Both the position numbers and the translations under genes were made by a program. This document shows positions 24,289-37,566 of a stretch of DNA of 64,000 bases, piece by piece. How positions within the stretch are numbered: the stretch's first letter is position 1; every line of letters starts with the position of its first letter. The DNA comes from Octopus vulgaris (Eukaryota), in the NCBI GenBank assembly GCA_951406725.2, contig OX597815.1, positions 78,244,001-78,308,000 on the forward strand, in the 5' to 3' direction. The notes beneath the pieces are model-generated. The model did no database searches. It had not been told where the DNA came from and worked only from the letters and a program-made list of their open reading frames with translations.

Positions 24289-24739
24289 AACGAACTGTTG
24301 TCGCTAAAGTGTCCAAAATTTGGGTAATTTAAGAATTAAGGAAGCTATTCTCATAGACAGACTAGGCCCCCAAATCAACAACAGGCTGGAGCTTGGCAGT
24401 CAATATATTCTCTAGCTACATCTGGATGCGTGTAGGTTTTTTTTTTTATATGTTCATGTATTATTTATTTTAAAAAAGGGGAAAGAGAAAAGGAAAGGAG
24501 AAAAAAGGAAGGAAAAAGAGGAAACTGCTCGTATAATACGTAACTTATAAGCAGCACACACAAGCCTGAGACATGGCCGCACTCACGCACTTCTCACGAA
24601 GAATTTCGGGAGGAGCTTCGTGATACCAGTGCAGACACACTTCCGGGGAAAGAAAAAGAGAGTGGGGGATAAAAGAAAAAGAAAAAGGAAAAAGCAGTTG
24701 GAAAATCAATTGAAGCAGTGATTCGATCAATCCTTAGGC

Positions 24740-24779
24740 ATATCTGAAGAAGGAATTTTTATATTCCGAAATATTATAT
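24740..24779 (+). ncRNA. Minimal hammerhead ribozyme-like motif (probable Penelope pLTR remnant)
   Basis: ATAT-CTGAAGA-A-GGAAT(TTTTAT)ATTCC-GAA-ATAT-T-ATAT; same architecture as 22416-22461. Confidence 0.55.
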
Positions 24780-24914
24780 CAGACTATGGATGATTGAATT
24801 ACACCAGTTATTATAGTGCATTGTTGTGCCATTCAAAACACATTATTACGATTTATTATTATTGTTTACAAGCAATACACACTGCTTCAAGCGAACTACA
24901 ATACTCTCCTATAC

Positions 24915-24951
<37 letters not shown>

Positions 24952-24954
24952 TTA

Positions 24955-25332
24955 ACTTGTTTCAGTCATTTGACTGCGGCCATGCTGGAGCACCACCTTT
25001 TAGTCGAGCAAATCGACCCTGGGACTTATTCTTTGTAAGCCCAGAACTTATTCTATCGAACAGCTAAGTGACGGGGGACGTAAACACACCAGCATCGGTT
25101 GTCAAGCAATGCTAGGGGAACAAACACAGACACACAAACACACACACATATATATATATACATATATACGACAGGCTTCTTTTAGTTTCCGTCTACCAAA
25201 TCCACTCACAAGGCATTGGTCGGCCCGGGGCTATAGCAGAAGACACTTGCCCAAGATGCCACGCAGTGAGACTGAACCCGGAACCATGTGGTTGGTTAGC
25301 AAGCTACTTACCACACAGCCACTCCTGCGCCT
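24955..25332 (-). mobile_element. SINE family B, full length, directly followed by a family A 3' fragment (+, 25333-25440)
   Basis: High similarity to 8215-8600; 25333-25440 matches the tail of the 9759 unit. Confidence 0.88.
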
Positions 25333-25434
25333 ATTAAGTACCAGTTACGCACTGGGGTCGATGTAATCGACTTAATCCCTTTGTCTGTCCTTGTTTGTCC
25401 CTTCTCTGTGTTTAGCCCTTTGTGGGTAGTAAAG

Positions 25435-25496
<62 letters not shown>

Positions 25497-25836
25497 GTAA
25501 AATATGAAAAATCAACGAAAATGCACATTGTAAATAAAAAAAGGCTTTTTATGACAAGTAATGACAAATATATACATTTAGATTGACTGAGGTAGTAATA
25601 AAAGTCATAAAAGTCATTATTATGAGATGATTATAAGATGATTATAAAGTCAGAAAACAAAGCGTACCATGATTTCCGCAAAGCTATTCATCGCTTTAAA
25701 AACACCGGCTAATACACGGTGTCAGGTCTAATAGTTCCTGAGTAAAAAGATTATTTGTAAGGGAGGTAAGTAGTTCTGGATTTAGAGATGTGAGTGATGT
25801 AGGGAGTTATATTTTCTTTTTGTTACATATTTCTAC

Positions 25837-25893
<57 letters not shown>

Positions 25894-25943
25894 CTGTCTA
25901 AATTTGATATATATATATATAAGTGTGTGTGTTTTCTATCTAG

Positions 25944-26121
25944 GATTTTCATCATTCATATTTCGACCAAACATCAACCAGCAGCTGGAGTCTAACCGCT
26001 GTTCCAAGACTTAAGGAATATGCTGCCGCTATTGAAGACGATAGTGATCGAAAGCTAATAACGGATATTGTTGATGCATTCATTGAAGAAATCATTCCTG
26101 TCATGCCAAAATTTCAACCAG
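25944..26121 (+). CDS. HYKK: Hydroxylysine kinase, coding exon 4
   Basis: ttttctatctag|GAT...CCAG|gtaaac; 178 nt, phase 0 to 1; DFHHSYFDQTSTSSWSLTAVPRLKEYAAAIEDDSDRKLITDIVDAFIEEIIPVMPKFQP. Confidence 0.9.
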
Positions 26122-26447
26122 GTAAACTCACCTAATATTAACATTTTGTTTCTTTATAATAATTTAGTCAGAAAAGGTGGGACAGAGCCCATAACCGTTT
26201 TAAGGTTTTTCTTAAGCAAAGTGGTGAGCTTGATGCTGTTGGTGTTCATCTTGAACATAGTTGTAAGTCGATACTTGAATGAAAAACTTTACTGGAGAGA
26301 AATTTCCTGTGAGTTGCATCTATGTTATGGAAAGACTGGGTGAAGTGTTTAATGCATGATCTACAGGACGAGACAGAGTACAGGTGATAAAAAAAGAAAG
26401 CTAGTAGGCTGGATGAAGCTGAATGGAGTGAGTGTGTGCAACCATCT

Positions 26448-26479
<32 letters not shown>

Positions 26480-26481
<2 letters not shown>

Positions 26482-26638
26482 TATTTTTTCTCTCCTTGTC
26501 TTTTCTGTGTACCTTTCTGTAGAAGAGCGTAGGCTCGAAACGTAAAATACTTTTTCTATTCCTGAGCGCTATACTAATACATCTGTTTATTTGTACACCA
26601 CCTGCCTTCGTCTTTTGTTTATTTTCGTAAACTTTCCC

Positions 26639-26640
<2 letters not shown>
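26480..26640 (+). mobile_element. Short Penelope-type repeat with a degenerate hammerhead-like core (tail also at 1-70)
   Basis: CTTT-CTGTAGA-A-GAGC(GTAG)GCTC-GAA-ACGT-A; the downstream gagcg.ta.actaata.atctgttt...cctg.cttcgtctttt matches 1-60. Confidence 0.55.
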
Positions 26641-26695
<55 letters not shown>

Positions 26696-27385
26696 ATATA
26701 CATACATACATACATACATACATACATACATACATACATACATACATACATACATACACACATACATACATATATATACATATATATATTGAAAATGAAC
26801 TGAGATTGTTTTCTCACTCGAGTTTCACGCCACTGCGATCTTCAGGCAAGAACTGTTACAACTCGATATTGGTGGTGTATTTATATCCTTTGCTGTGTGG
26901 TCTAGTGGCTGTGTTTGTTTATTACTCTGCTTTTTATACTTATTGATTGGGGGAGGTGTTTTTCTGGCTTCATTATTGATTATTTTGGGATTTCTTGCAA
27001 TCGTAAATGAGAGTGTATGGTATTAATTTGCTTGAGATATGTTAGTGTATTGGTGAGCTGATAACGAGGCGAGTTTTCTTCTTTTTTTCATGTGTGTGCG
27101 TGCAAGGTTGTAAATAGATATTGTTTTATATGTGGATTGTACCTATTTCTTTCTAGATCATAGATTTAATACTTCATCCAATTTTACACAAACACTTAAC
27201 TTTTGGGAGAGTTCACTGTTATCATAAGCATTTGGAATAGATCTCAAGTTAACCAATCATCTTAGTGTATCACTGCCTAAAGAATCAGCTAATGAATTCT
27301 TATTTCTTCTTCACACAACCATGACAACACATCATGGATGCTAAACATCTTCCTCTATAACGTCATGAAAGTGTTGTTTTCCTAA

Positions 27386-27615
27386 CCCTTTGCCTATCCA
27401 AAGCATTTTCATAAGTTTATCCTAAACGTCCATGCTTGTTTTCAGACTTTTAGTTAGCCCTTGTTTCCTATGTTTTAATATAAAGCATTCCTTACATAAG
27501 TCCCAAGTTATTCTGGTGATTAAAAAATAATTGAGAATGTGTATCATATACGATGTATGGACACCAGGGAAATATATTCTGTATATCACATATGATACAC
27601 AGGCCAGGCAAAAGG
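27386..27615. mobile_element. piggyBac-type MITE (in HYKK intron)
   Basis: ctaa|CCCTTTGCCT ... AGGCAAAAGG|ttaa. Confidence 0.6.
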
Positions 27616-27677
27616 TTAACGTTGAAATACCTACTTCGTTCTTGGTTCTGTCTAATATCTAATTATTTCTTTCCCAG

Positions 27678-28171
27678 GTCAAATCCACGGTGACCTCAGT
27701 GATTTGAACGTTTTAGTCGAGGAACGCCATTCATCTATTAAACAAGAATCCAGTAATGAAAGCATAACATCGCAAAAGAATAAACCTGATTTTGTTATAT
27801 CAGGAATGATCGATTTTGCCGATGCTAGTTTTTCATATTTCATATATGACATTGCCATAGCTTTAGCTTACATGATGACTAGCAACAAACAGGTCGATGC
27901 AATCAATGTCAGTGGCCATACATTAGCTGGCTATTTGTCGGAATTTCATATGAACTCAGCTGAACGTAATGCTTTGCTTTTGTTAATCTGTTGTCGAATT
28001 TCCCAAACTTTGGCTATTGGTTGGTACACGTATGTAAGAAATCCTTCTAATGATTATCCATTGGTAACAGCTGCCACTGGCTGGCCTCTCCTTCACAGTA
28101 TTTGGAAGAAACCAAGAGACGAAATTGAAAAGGAATGGGATTTCATCATTAAATCTTACGAAGAACACTGA
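27678..28171 (+). CDS. HYKK: Hydroxylysine kinase, coding exon 5 (catalytic and stop)
   Basis: ttctttcccag|GT; GQIHGDLSDLN (APH HxDxxxxN motif), GMIDFAD (metal-binding), YDIAIALAYMM, NPSNDYPLVTAATGWPLL; TGA at 28169-28171. The five exons join to 1197 nt. Confidence 0.93.
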
Positions 28172-28501
28172 GATGGCAGAATACAATATACGACAAACTG
28201 CTTAACACTGTTTCACCGAGTCCTTATAACTTTTTAATTCAAATTCCACCAAGGTCCACTTTGCCTTTCATCTTTCCGAAATCTATAAAATGCGCACCAT
28301 TCATATTATTCTTTTTTCTGGTTTCAACCATTGGACTGCGGCTATACTGGGGTACTGCTTTCGACGGTTTTAGTTGATCGTGTCGACCCCTGTACTTGTT
28401 TGAGAATAGTAATAATGTTTTATCGCTCTCTCCTTATCGAATAGCTAAGTTTTGAATAGAAACGTCCTTTCATATCAAAAATTCGTTTAATAGAGATCGA
28501 T

Positions 28502-28542
<41 letters not shown>

Positions 28543-28751
28543 CCGAATTTCTCCATTCTCCTCTATGTTGTTTTTTTATTTTTTATTCATAAAGGAACAT
28601 TATATTTTCCGTTAAAATAAAAGTCAGTTATCTAAAAATAAAAAGTCTTATTTTTTATTAACTTTATGTCATTGGAAAAACAAAATAAATATATGTACGA
28701 AATAAAATATATACGAAATTAATATATGTACAAAATAAATATATGTACTTA

Positions 28752-29075
28752 TATTAGGTCGTCAAGTATGAAATATGTAGAAAGGAAAAAAAGTTTGCTA
28801 ATGTTTTATAAATACAATGAACAGTTTTATTCATCAAAGTATGCACCCATATTGTCAATATACTTTTGCCATTTCAGTGGTAGCTTATCCAGCCCGGAAC
28901 TGTAAAAACCTGGCAACCTAGAGTCAATAAAATCTTGGAAGGCCTGTTTTACAGTATCATTGGAATTAAATTTTTTTCCTATCAAAAAATTATCTAAATT
29001 CTGGAAGACGTGGTAGTCAGTGGGGGCAAGATCAGATGAATATGGTGGATGATGGAGAACTTCCAACTCCAAATC
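28752..29075 (-). mobile_element. mariner transposon 3' fragment
   Basis: LHHPPYSSDLAPTDYHVF (YSPDLAP.D motif), KLPLKWQKYIDNMGAYF; TIR-like TATTAGGTCGTCAAGTATGAAAT at ~28752. Confidence 0.88.
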
Positions 29076-29619
29076 CTGTAGTCCTTAGAATATTTTGCCA
29101 AAATACTACCTGGATTTATCTGGGATTTTAACTAAAGACCTGTACCTTCATGGAAGTACCGACCAACATCCATATCCTCTGGGAAAAGATGAGTTATGAA
29201 CATTATTCTCCTGCCTATATTCTTCTAACTACTTTTATTCTTTATTCTTCTATTTCATTCCCCATAAGCTGTGAATTTTATTCCACGTAAACTGTAAATT
29301 TTTCCCCGTCTAAAATATTTATACTTTGTCTCTAATGACGCCATACCCAGTGCATGGACATGTTAACCGACCGTTTGGGTTATTCCAGAAGCGGGTATAA
29401 GACTCCAAATTAAATTATTCTAAATGACTTGAGATACTCGTTCTGCCTTGGTCTTTATTTCTTCTCTAATATAATATACACCTGCTATAACGGAACCCTA
29501 ACACGGTACCCTAGATACAGGCTTAGCTGTGATGTTGGAACCTAACGGTCGACCTACTATAGCACTTAGCTTACCTATTCGTTTGGATCACAAGTGAACT
29601 AAACCCTTTATATTCTATA

Positions 29620-29905
29620 TATGAATTTGGTAGACAGAAACTTTGTGGAAGCCTGTCGTTTTAGTGTGTGTCTTTGTGGGGAGGGTGGGGGCGTGTGTGT
29701 GTCTTTGGTCCTGTGTTTCCCCCCACTGCTTGACAACCAGTATTGTCTTACATAATTCCCTGAAATCTAGCAGTTCAGCAACAATAAAATAAGTATCAAA
29801 CTTACAAAAATAAATGCTGGGTTTGCTCTATTCGACTAAAATCCTTCAAGGTGGTACCCCAACAAGGCTGCAGTTCAATGACTGAAATAAGAAAAAGGTA
29901 AAAGA
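29620..29905 (+). mobile_element. SINE family B 3' half, degenerate
   Basis: gaatttggtagacagaaac...cttgacaacc...ttcgactaaaatccttcaagg...gactgaaataagaaaaag. Confidence 0.65.
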
Positions 29906-29940
29906 AAAGGGTATCGCTTAAACATAACGATACTAATAAA

Positions 29941-30660
29941 CTGTGCGATGAATAAATTGTCGCATTTTATATTTTTAATTTCACGCATGCGAATTGTTTG
30001 TTTTGGATTTTGTCGACCACACAGTATAGTAGGGTCAGGTGGGCACCCTCTGTAAGAAAAACGACACCATGATGCAATTCACCCAGCCAGAAATTTGAAA
30101 ACGATATGCTGTACTGTTTGGCATTCGCGCCAGAAGCTCCAATACGAACAGACGGTGAACATAGAGAACAATCGTTGGCTTGCCGTATCCCCAAAACATT
30201 ACCGAGAATGATAAAAATCAAACATCCAGTCAACATCATGATGTTTGGAGTGATCACTAGTGATGGCGACGTGATGCCTCCATTCATCTCTCCACATGGC
30301 CTCCAATTCAACACGGAAGCCTACATCAAGAACCTGGAAGAGGTAGCGCTGCCCTGGGGCAAGAGGCTACTGCTGGAAGACCCTATGTCTGGTAACAGGA
30401 CTCTGCACCATGCCACACAAGCAGGAGAACCCAGTCATAGCTGCCGGACAATTTCTGCGACCACATCCCCCTAACATCAGGCCACCTAACTCCCCAGACT
30501 GTAACCTACTTGATTATTGTAGGTGGGGGCGCAGCTGAGCGAGAGACCAGCAAAACCCTTTGTAACCAAAGATGAACTGAAGGCAAGGATTATGGCAACA
30601 TTCACCAACTTAAACAAGGAGATCGTCCAGAAGAGTTGCAAGAGATTCCAAAGTCGACTG
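29941..30660 (+). mobile_element. Tc1/mariner-superfamily transposon remnant (internally deleted)
   Basis: KHPVNIMMFGVITSDG, QDSAPCH and PPNSPDCNLLDY-type motifs across frameshifts; begins CTGTGCGATGAATAAATTGTCG. Confidence 0.8.
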
Positions 30661-30681
30661 CACCATGTATATATGTATGTA

Positions 30682-31797
30682 CAGGGGTTGGACAAAATAT
30701 TGGAAACACCTAGCATCATAGCATCATAGTTTTGAAATATCTATAAAACCGTCAAAAGCTTATTTATTTTTATGGGTTTTTTTATTTATCATTAGCGCTG
30801 TTTAATATGTTTTGCTAAAGTTGTTGTTTCTTTACAGATATCATCAGAAAAAAGTAATTGAAATTCTTTAAAATGACAGATCTATCGGACTTTTAAAGAG
30901 GTAAAATTCTTGGTGCTCGTATGGCAGCCGCTAGTGTAACGAAAACAGCCGAAATGTTTGGTGTATCAAGAAGTACTGTCTCAAAAGTAATGACAGCCTT
31001 TGAGAAAGATAGAAAAACTGTTTGTCGGGAGCTGCACAAAGCCGGATTTCACGAGAAGGCTGCAGTCAGAAAACTACTACTTTCAAAAACAAACGTTGCA
31101 AAGCGTTTGGAGTGGAGTAAAAACCTATAAATTGATCCCTAGAGCAGTGGGAGAATGTTATTTTCCCAGACGAGTCACCCTTTACCATATTTGCGACCAC
31201 CGGCAGAGTATACGTGTGGAGACAGCCAAAAGAAGCATTTGGCCCAAACTGCCTTCTTCCAACTGTTAAACATGGGGTAGGATCTGTGATGACCTGGAGG
31301 GCTATATCTAGGAAGTCCGCCGCCCCAATGGTTTCCCTTCATGGCAGAATTAATAGTCAAGACTATTTAAGCATTTTATCTGATCAAATTCATCTTATGA
31401 TTACGGCACTGTTTCTGGAGGGAAACAATCTTTCATGATGATAATGCACCAATTCATACAGCTAAAGTTGTTACTGAATGGCACGAGGAACATTCTAGGG
31501 AAGTTGAACATCTTATCTGGCCACCACAGTTCCCAGGTCTCAAAATTATTGAACATTTATGGTGCATTTTAGAAAAACAAATAAGGAGTCGATATCATCC
31601 ACCATCATCACTACATGAACTGGAGACTGTTTTAGCTGAAGAATAGACAAAAATTTCTCTGGAAACAATTCAAACTTTGTATGTGTCCATACCTTGTAGA
31701 ATTAAAGCTGTTACTATTGCCAAAGGCGGTCCTACTCCATTTTAAAATAAATTTGTTTGAAATTTTAAGGTGTTTCCATTATTTTGTCCAACCCATG
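30682..31797 (+). mobile_element. Tc1-like DNA transposon with both TIRs and a degenerate transposase
   Basis: TA|CAGGGGTTGGACAAAATATTGGAAACACCT ... AGGTGTTTCCATTATTTTGTCCAACCCATG|TA; PTVKHGVGSVM, DDNAPIH and WPPQFPGLKIIEHLW motifs; sits within (TATG)n. Confidence 0.93.
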
Positions 31798-31926
31798 TAT
31801 GTATGTATGTATGTATGTATGTATGTATGTATGTATGTGTGTGTGTATGTATGTATGTATGTATGTATGCATGCGTGTGTGTGTGCGTATGTATGTGTGT
31901 GTGTGTGTGAGTGTGTGTGTGCATGC

Positions 31927-31974
<48 letters not shown>

Positions 31975-32619
31975 GTATGTGTCAGAATAAAGCATTCGTG
32001 GAATACAGAGTCTAATATAAAATTAAATAAATGTCAAAGGAACAGCGAATTATGCAATGAATTTCATTAACTTAGACCCGTTTCTGCTATATGATGCAGT
32101 GCACTCAAAGCTGAATACTTGTGCATCACCTTATAGCTTCCTCAGAGCTTCTAAAATGAAGTGCAAGTTTCACTGGGAAAGTATTTACATATCTATACCA
32201 TGTGAGGAGGGAGACTGCAGATTGATGCGTGTGCGCAAGAAGCTTTTCGTTGGAAACGTGATGGTACTAACTGATGTTGTCAATGGTGCTCAAGACTCTG
32301 GTGTCAAGGCTGTCGATCCTCTCTTTGTCGGAGTTTTTCTGAAAAGTCGCGTTTCTGCTCCATAGAGGAGAACAGACAGGACAGACGCATTGTAGATGTG
32401 GAGCTTTGTCTTCTGGGAGATAGAGCAATGACTCCAAAATGACTTCCATGAGAGTGCATGACCCCGGTGGCCAGATCACGTCTCAGGTTGATCTTCGGAG
32501 TTAGGTCTCCATTGCTAGTGATCCCAGGAAGGTGGGGAGCTGACAAACCCCACGACGTCGGGACCAATATAAAGCGGGGAAGGGCCTGGCCCATCGCCGA
32601 CTTGCATCAGCTTGGTCTT

Positions 32620-33830
32620 CGCCCAACTCACATAAATGCATACATAAATTTGGGATGCGGTATCAAGGTTACGATGGATGAAGCATTGTTGAGAGTTATG
32701 GAAGTATGGAAAGTAATGTCATTTGCGTAAGACTGGACGTTATTTGGCGAAGTGGCAAGATCATTGTTGTGCAGAAGGACGAAAGTGTGTGGGAGTGGGA
32801 CAAAACTGATCCTGGATTACACCAGAATCGATAAAACGAGGGAGAAAAAGACCTATGTTAGCACAACCCACGATTGTGATATCTGATAAGAAATTAGCGA
32901 TTCAAGAAATGAGAGCTGGATAGAGTTTACAGGCAGAAAGTTTCGATAGATTTGCATTTCAGGCATAACCAAAAGCTTTACTGATGCCGAGAGCGATTAT
33001 ATTGTTTTCACTATGTCACTCCTCCAAAGCAAGAGCCCACTGGAGGGTAACAAGGAAAGTCGTTGTTAAAGGCTGACTATTCCGTCCAAAAGATAATGGA
33101 AGTGAGATAGGACGATAGTTAGCAATATCAGAAGTTACCTTTCTTGGGAGTGGAACACTTTAAAGCGTGTTTCCAAATAACAGTTTGGTAAGTATAGAGA
33201 CCAGCTCTGGGGTGCAATATTTGAGGGTAATTGAAGGGACATTGTCAAAACCGGAGGTCTTATGAATCTGAAGTAACTGAAGATACTTTCACATTGGGCA
33301 TGTATACAAGGCGATGAATTGGATGAGTTAAAATGGGTGAATGTGGAAAAGATTTTGCCAAGTGTAGGACTTGTAAAGTTGGATGCAAAACAAGCAACAA
33401 GGATGAAAGCTTATTTTGCTAGGTTAATGCTTACAAAGCCATTGTTAATATTAAAAGAGAGGAAAGAACATTTTGCAAATTTGATGGAAATCCTTGTGAC
33501 AAAGGGCCAAAAATCGGTGCAGTTTGGAAGGTGAGACAGCTTGAGGGCAACATGAAGTCATCTGTAATTCGGATAGAGGTCTTGCAGAGAGTTGCGTTGC
33601 TAGGTATATGCCGTTTGGTTGTGGTGGGTGGGATTTACCTCTTGGTTTCGGAGTTTCTACTGATATTGTCAACCTCAGTGCAACTACGAGTGAACCATTT
33701 GCAAGACACGGAACAACAAGTCTTTCTTGTGTGTGGAATACTAGAGGAGAACATATCTGAAAAGATAGTTTCAGTCACTCGCCTAGGTGTTTCTCAGAAC
33801 ATATGCTGCCAGAACTAGTTGGCATAACTA
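32620..33830 (-). mobile_element. CR1/L2/Jockey-group LINE RT remnant, heavily decayed
   Basis: Minus-strand traces of NYRPISL, LGISKAF, SG...GSVLSP and SYAND (YADD position). Confidence 0.65.
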
Positions 33831-34429
33831 TAATCATCACACACACACACAAACACAACATACATATGTAATGTGTGTGTATGTGTGGAGCTAATATGTA
33901 TGTAACAAGCAGCTTCCTAGATTCTAATTTAGGATTCGAAACCGAATCTACATTTCCTGTCTATTGTTTATGGCCTTTGCATTTAAAAATGTATGAGACT
34001 CAGTTGTGACACTTAGTTAAGTTCTGTTGTTTAAGGGAACATTCTTAGGTTAAATAGGGTTCAGACAAGACAGGAGATGGAAAATCCTTAGTTCAGCCTG
34101 ACCTAATTTAATTAGAAAGAAATATAAATACGGAACCCAAAATTGGTTCTGCCTCTTTGGTCACTTAGCACCGAGCCGAAGAGCAACTATTTCTCTTCCT
34201 TCACTTATGGATTGTCATCGCGCGACAATACAATTTTCATCCTATCTACTTGTCTGTCCAGAGAGGTGGATTCTTTTACTCTTTCTTCTCCTTTTTCCAT
34301 TCGTCTTCTAGCAGTCAGCAAAAGATGAAGTTAACTACCTACAGACTGGATATCAAAACTGCAAATAATCACTGTACTACAACTCACAGAAGTTGAACAA
34401 CGAAAATAAAAGGCCATATTATCGACTAA

Positions 34430-37400
34430 TTTAGAGATGTATTACTTGAAGCCTTTGACAAAAAAGAATTGGAAAAAGCATCACATGATATGGAAGACAA
34501 CTGGAGGTTTCTACGGGACAACCTGCTTAGGGCTACTGACCAGATCTGTGGATGGTGCAAAATCCCCTCATGACCCAAGGTAACAAAGTGGTGGAACAAT
34601 GTTGTTGACAGGGCTATTAGAGAAAAGAAACAGGCTTGGAAGGCATGGAAGAATGGTGGTAGCAGGGAATCGTATCAGACTGCCAAAAGGAAGCTAGGAG
34701 ACAGGTTTATTTAGCTAGAGGGGAAGCAGATAAGAAAAAAAATTGCCAATGGCGTATGAGTGGCTGTGTGGTAAATAGCTTGCTTACGAACAACATGGTT
34801 TCAGGTTTGGGCCGACCAAAGCCTTGTGAGTGAATTTGGTAGACGGAAACTGAAAGGAGCCCGTCGTATGTATGTATGTATGTATGTATGTATGTATGTA
34901 TGTATGTATGTATGTATGTGTGTATGTGTGTGTGTATATGCTTGTGTGTCTGTGTTTTTCCCCCCCACACAACATTGCTTGACTACCGATGCTGGTGTGT
35001 TTACGTCCCCTAACTCAGCGGTTTAGTAAAAGAAACCAATAGATTAAGTACTAGGCTTACAAAGAATAAGTCCTGGGGTTGATTTGCTCGACTAAAGGCG
35101 GTGCTCCAGCATTGCCACAGTCAAATGACTGAAACAAGTAAAAGAGTAAAAGAATGTTCTGTGCTGTGAGGACCAAAGACTTGAAGTATTTCGTGCTGCA
35201 AGACAGTGTGTGAGAGAGAATCGTGATGTTGAAGGTGAGAAATGTGTCTGCATGGATGATGGTTCACTTGCACTAGAGACACCACTATGACAGGTTGCTC
35301 AATAAAGAGAATGAATGAGAGAAAGAGAGTCTGCCGAGTGTCAACCCAACAGAAGGACCAGCTATCCGAATTGACAGTACCTTGGTAGATAAAGCAATTA
35401 AGAGTATGAAGACAGGGAAAGCCCCTGGCCCATCAGGAATCACCGGAGAGATGCTCAAAATATCTGGCGGTATCGGCTATAGCCTAGTCACCCTTATAGT
35501 TAACCAGGTAATACATGAAGGAGTCATACCGAATGACTGGTGTAGCAGCACTATAGTCAGCTGCTACAAAGGTAAAGGTGACGCTTTAGATACAAATAAT
35601 TACAGAGGTATCAAGTTGTTGGATCAGGTAATGAAGGTCATGGAGAGGGTCATAGCCCAACTAATTTGGGAGAGAGTGAGTTTAGATTGAGATGCAGTTT
35701 GGGTTTGTGCCAGGGAAAAGTACCACTGATGCCGTATTTCTGGTAAGATAGCTGCAGGAGAAATACCTAGCCAAAGATAAACCTCTGTACCTGGATTTCG
35801 TTGACATGGAGAAAGACTTTGACAGGGTCCCCCGATCCCTTATCTAGTGGTCAATGAGGAAACCAGGGATAGATGAATGGTTAGTGAGAGCTGTGCAAGC
35901 CATGTGCAGGGACGCTGTCAGTAAGGTGAGGGTTGGCAACAAGGACAGTGAAGAATTCTGGCTAATGGTAGGGTTCCACCAAAATTCAGTCCTCAGCCCC
36001 CTCCTATTTATCATAGTCCTCCAAGTAATAACAGAGGAATTCAAGACAGGATGCCCCTAGGAGCTCCTCTATGCTGATGACCTTGCTCTAATTGCTGAGT
36101 CACTATCAGAACTAGAGGAGAAGTTTCAGGTGTGGAAGGAAGGATTAGAATCGAAAGGCCTTAGTGTCAACCTGGCTAAAACCAAAGTCCTAATAAGAAG
36201 GAAGGCAGACAAACCACAAATCCCTTCAAGTAGATGGCACTACTCGATCTGTAGAAAAAGCCTAGGTAGAAACTCTATAAGATGTACCCAGTATAAGCAA
36301 TAGACACATAAGAGGTGCAGCAATATTAAAGGGAAGCTAACTGGGAAGATAGTTTTTGAATGTGGCAGATGCTCAGGAGCAATAATCACTGAAAATGTGC
36401 AGAGAACAACTTCCGCCGCGTTCCAGGGAGAAAAATTAGAAGTAGTTGATAGCTTCCGTTACATAGGTGACCAAGTCAGTAGAAGGGGTGGGTGCTCTGA
36501 AAAGTGTAGCTGCTAGAATAAAGAATAACCTGGATAATGTTCAGAGAACTCCTACCTCTTCTGGTGACAAAGGGCCTCTTTCTCAGAGTAAAAGGTAGAC
36601 TGTATGATGCATGTGTACGAACAGCCATGCTACATAGCAGTGAAACGTGGACCATGACTGCTGAGGACATACGTAAGCTTGCAAAGAATGAAGCCAGTAT
36701 GCTCCACTGGATGCGTAATGTCAGTGTGCATACTCGACAGAGTGAAAGTGCCTTGAGAGAAAAGTTGGACCTAAGAAGCATCAGATGTGGTGTGCAAGAG
36801 AGATGAGTGCGCTGGTATGGTCATGTGGTGAGAATGGATGAGGATAGCTGTGTGAAAAAGTGTCACACCCTAGCAGTTGTGGGAACCTGTGGAAGAAGTA
36901 GACCCAGGAAGACCTGGGATGAGGTGGTGAAGCACAACCTTCAAACATTAGGCCTCACCGAGACAATGACTAATGACCGAGACCTTTGGAAATATGCTGT
37001 GCTTGAGAAGACCTGGCAAGCCAAGTGAGGCCATAACCTGTGGCCTATGCCAGTGGTGTAACCAGCCCGCTTATGTGTACCTTTCCTTCATTGGACACTA
37101 AACTCTGCTTGCAAAGACCTGTTGAGGCAAGTGAAATCGAAATTGAAATCAAATTCGATGACAGCACTGCATGACTGGCATCCGTGCCAGTGGAGTGCTA
37201 AGAGCACCATCTGAGTGTGATCGTTACCATCGTCGCCTTACTAGCACTTGTACTGGTGGCACATGAAAACATTCGAGTGAAATCATTGCCGGTTCCACTG
37301 GACTGGCTCCTGTGCAGGTGGCACATAAAAAACACCATTTGAGCATGGCCTTTGTCACTGCTGCCTGACTGGCCCTCGTGCCGGTGGCACGTAAAAGCAC

Positions 37401-37566
37401 CCACTACACTCTCGGAGTGGTTGGCGTTATGAAGGGCATCCAGCTGTAGAAACTCTGCCAGATCAGATTGGAGCCTGGTGCAGCCATCTGGCTCGCTAGT
37501 CCTCAGTCAAACCGTCCAACCCATGCCAGCATGGAAAGCGGACATTAAACGATAATGATGATGATG
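34430..37566 (+). mobile_element. RTE-clade LINE, 5'-truncated, with stops and frameshifts
   Basis: KAPGPSG, NYRGIKLL, QFGFVPG.STTDA, FVDMEKDFDRVP, HQNSVLSPLLF, ELLYADD, RWYGHVVRM, RPRKTW; (GAT)n tail at ~37551-37566. Confidence 0.93.
34751..35152 (+). mobile_element. SINE family B inserted into the RTE LINE
   Basis: ggcgtatgagtggctgtgtggtaa head through a gactgaaacaagtaaaagagtaaaag tail; AAT repeated on both sides. Confidence 0.88.
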
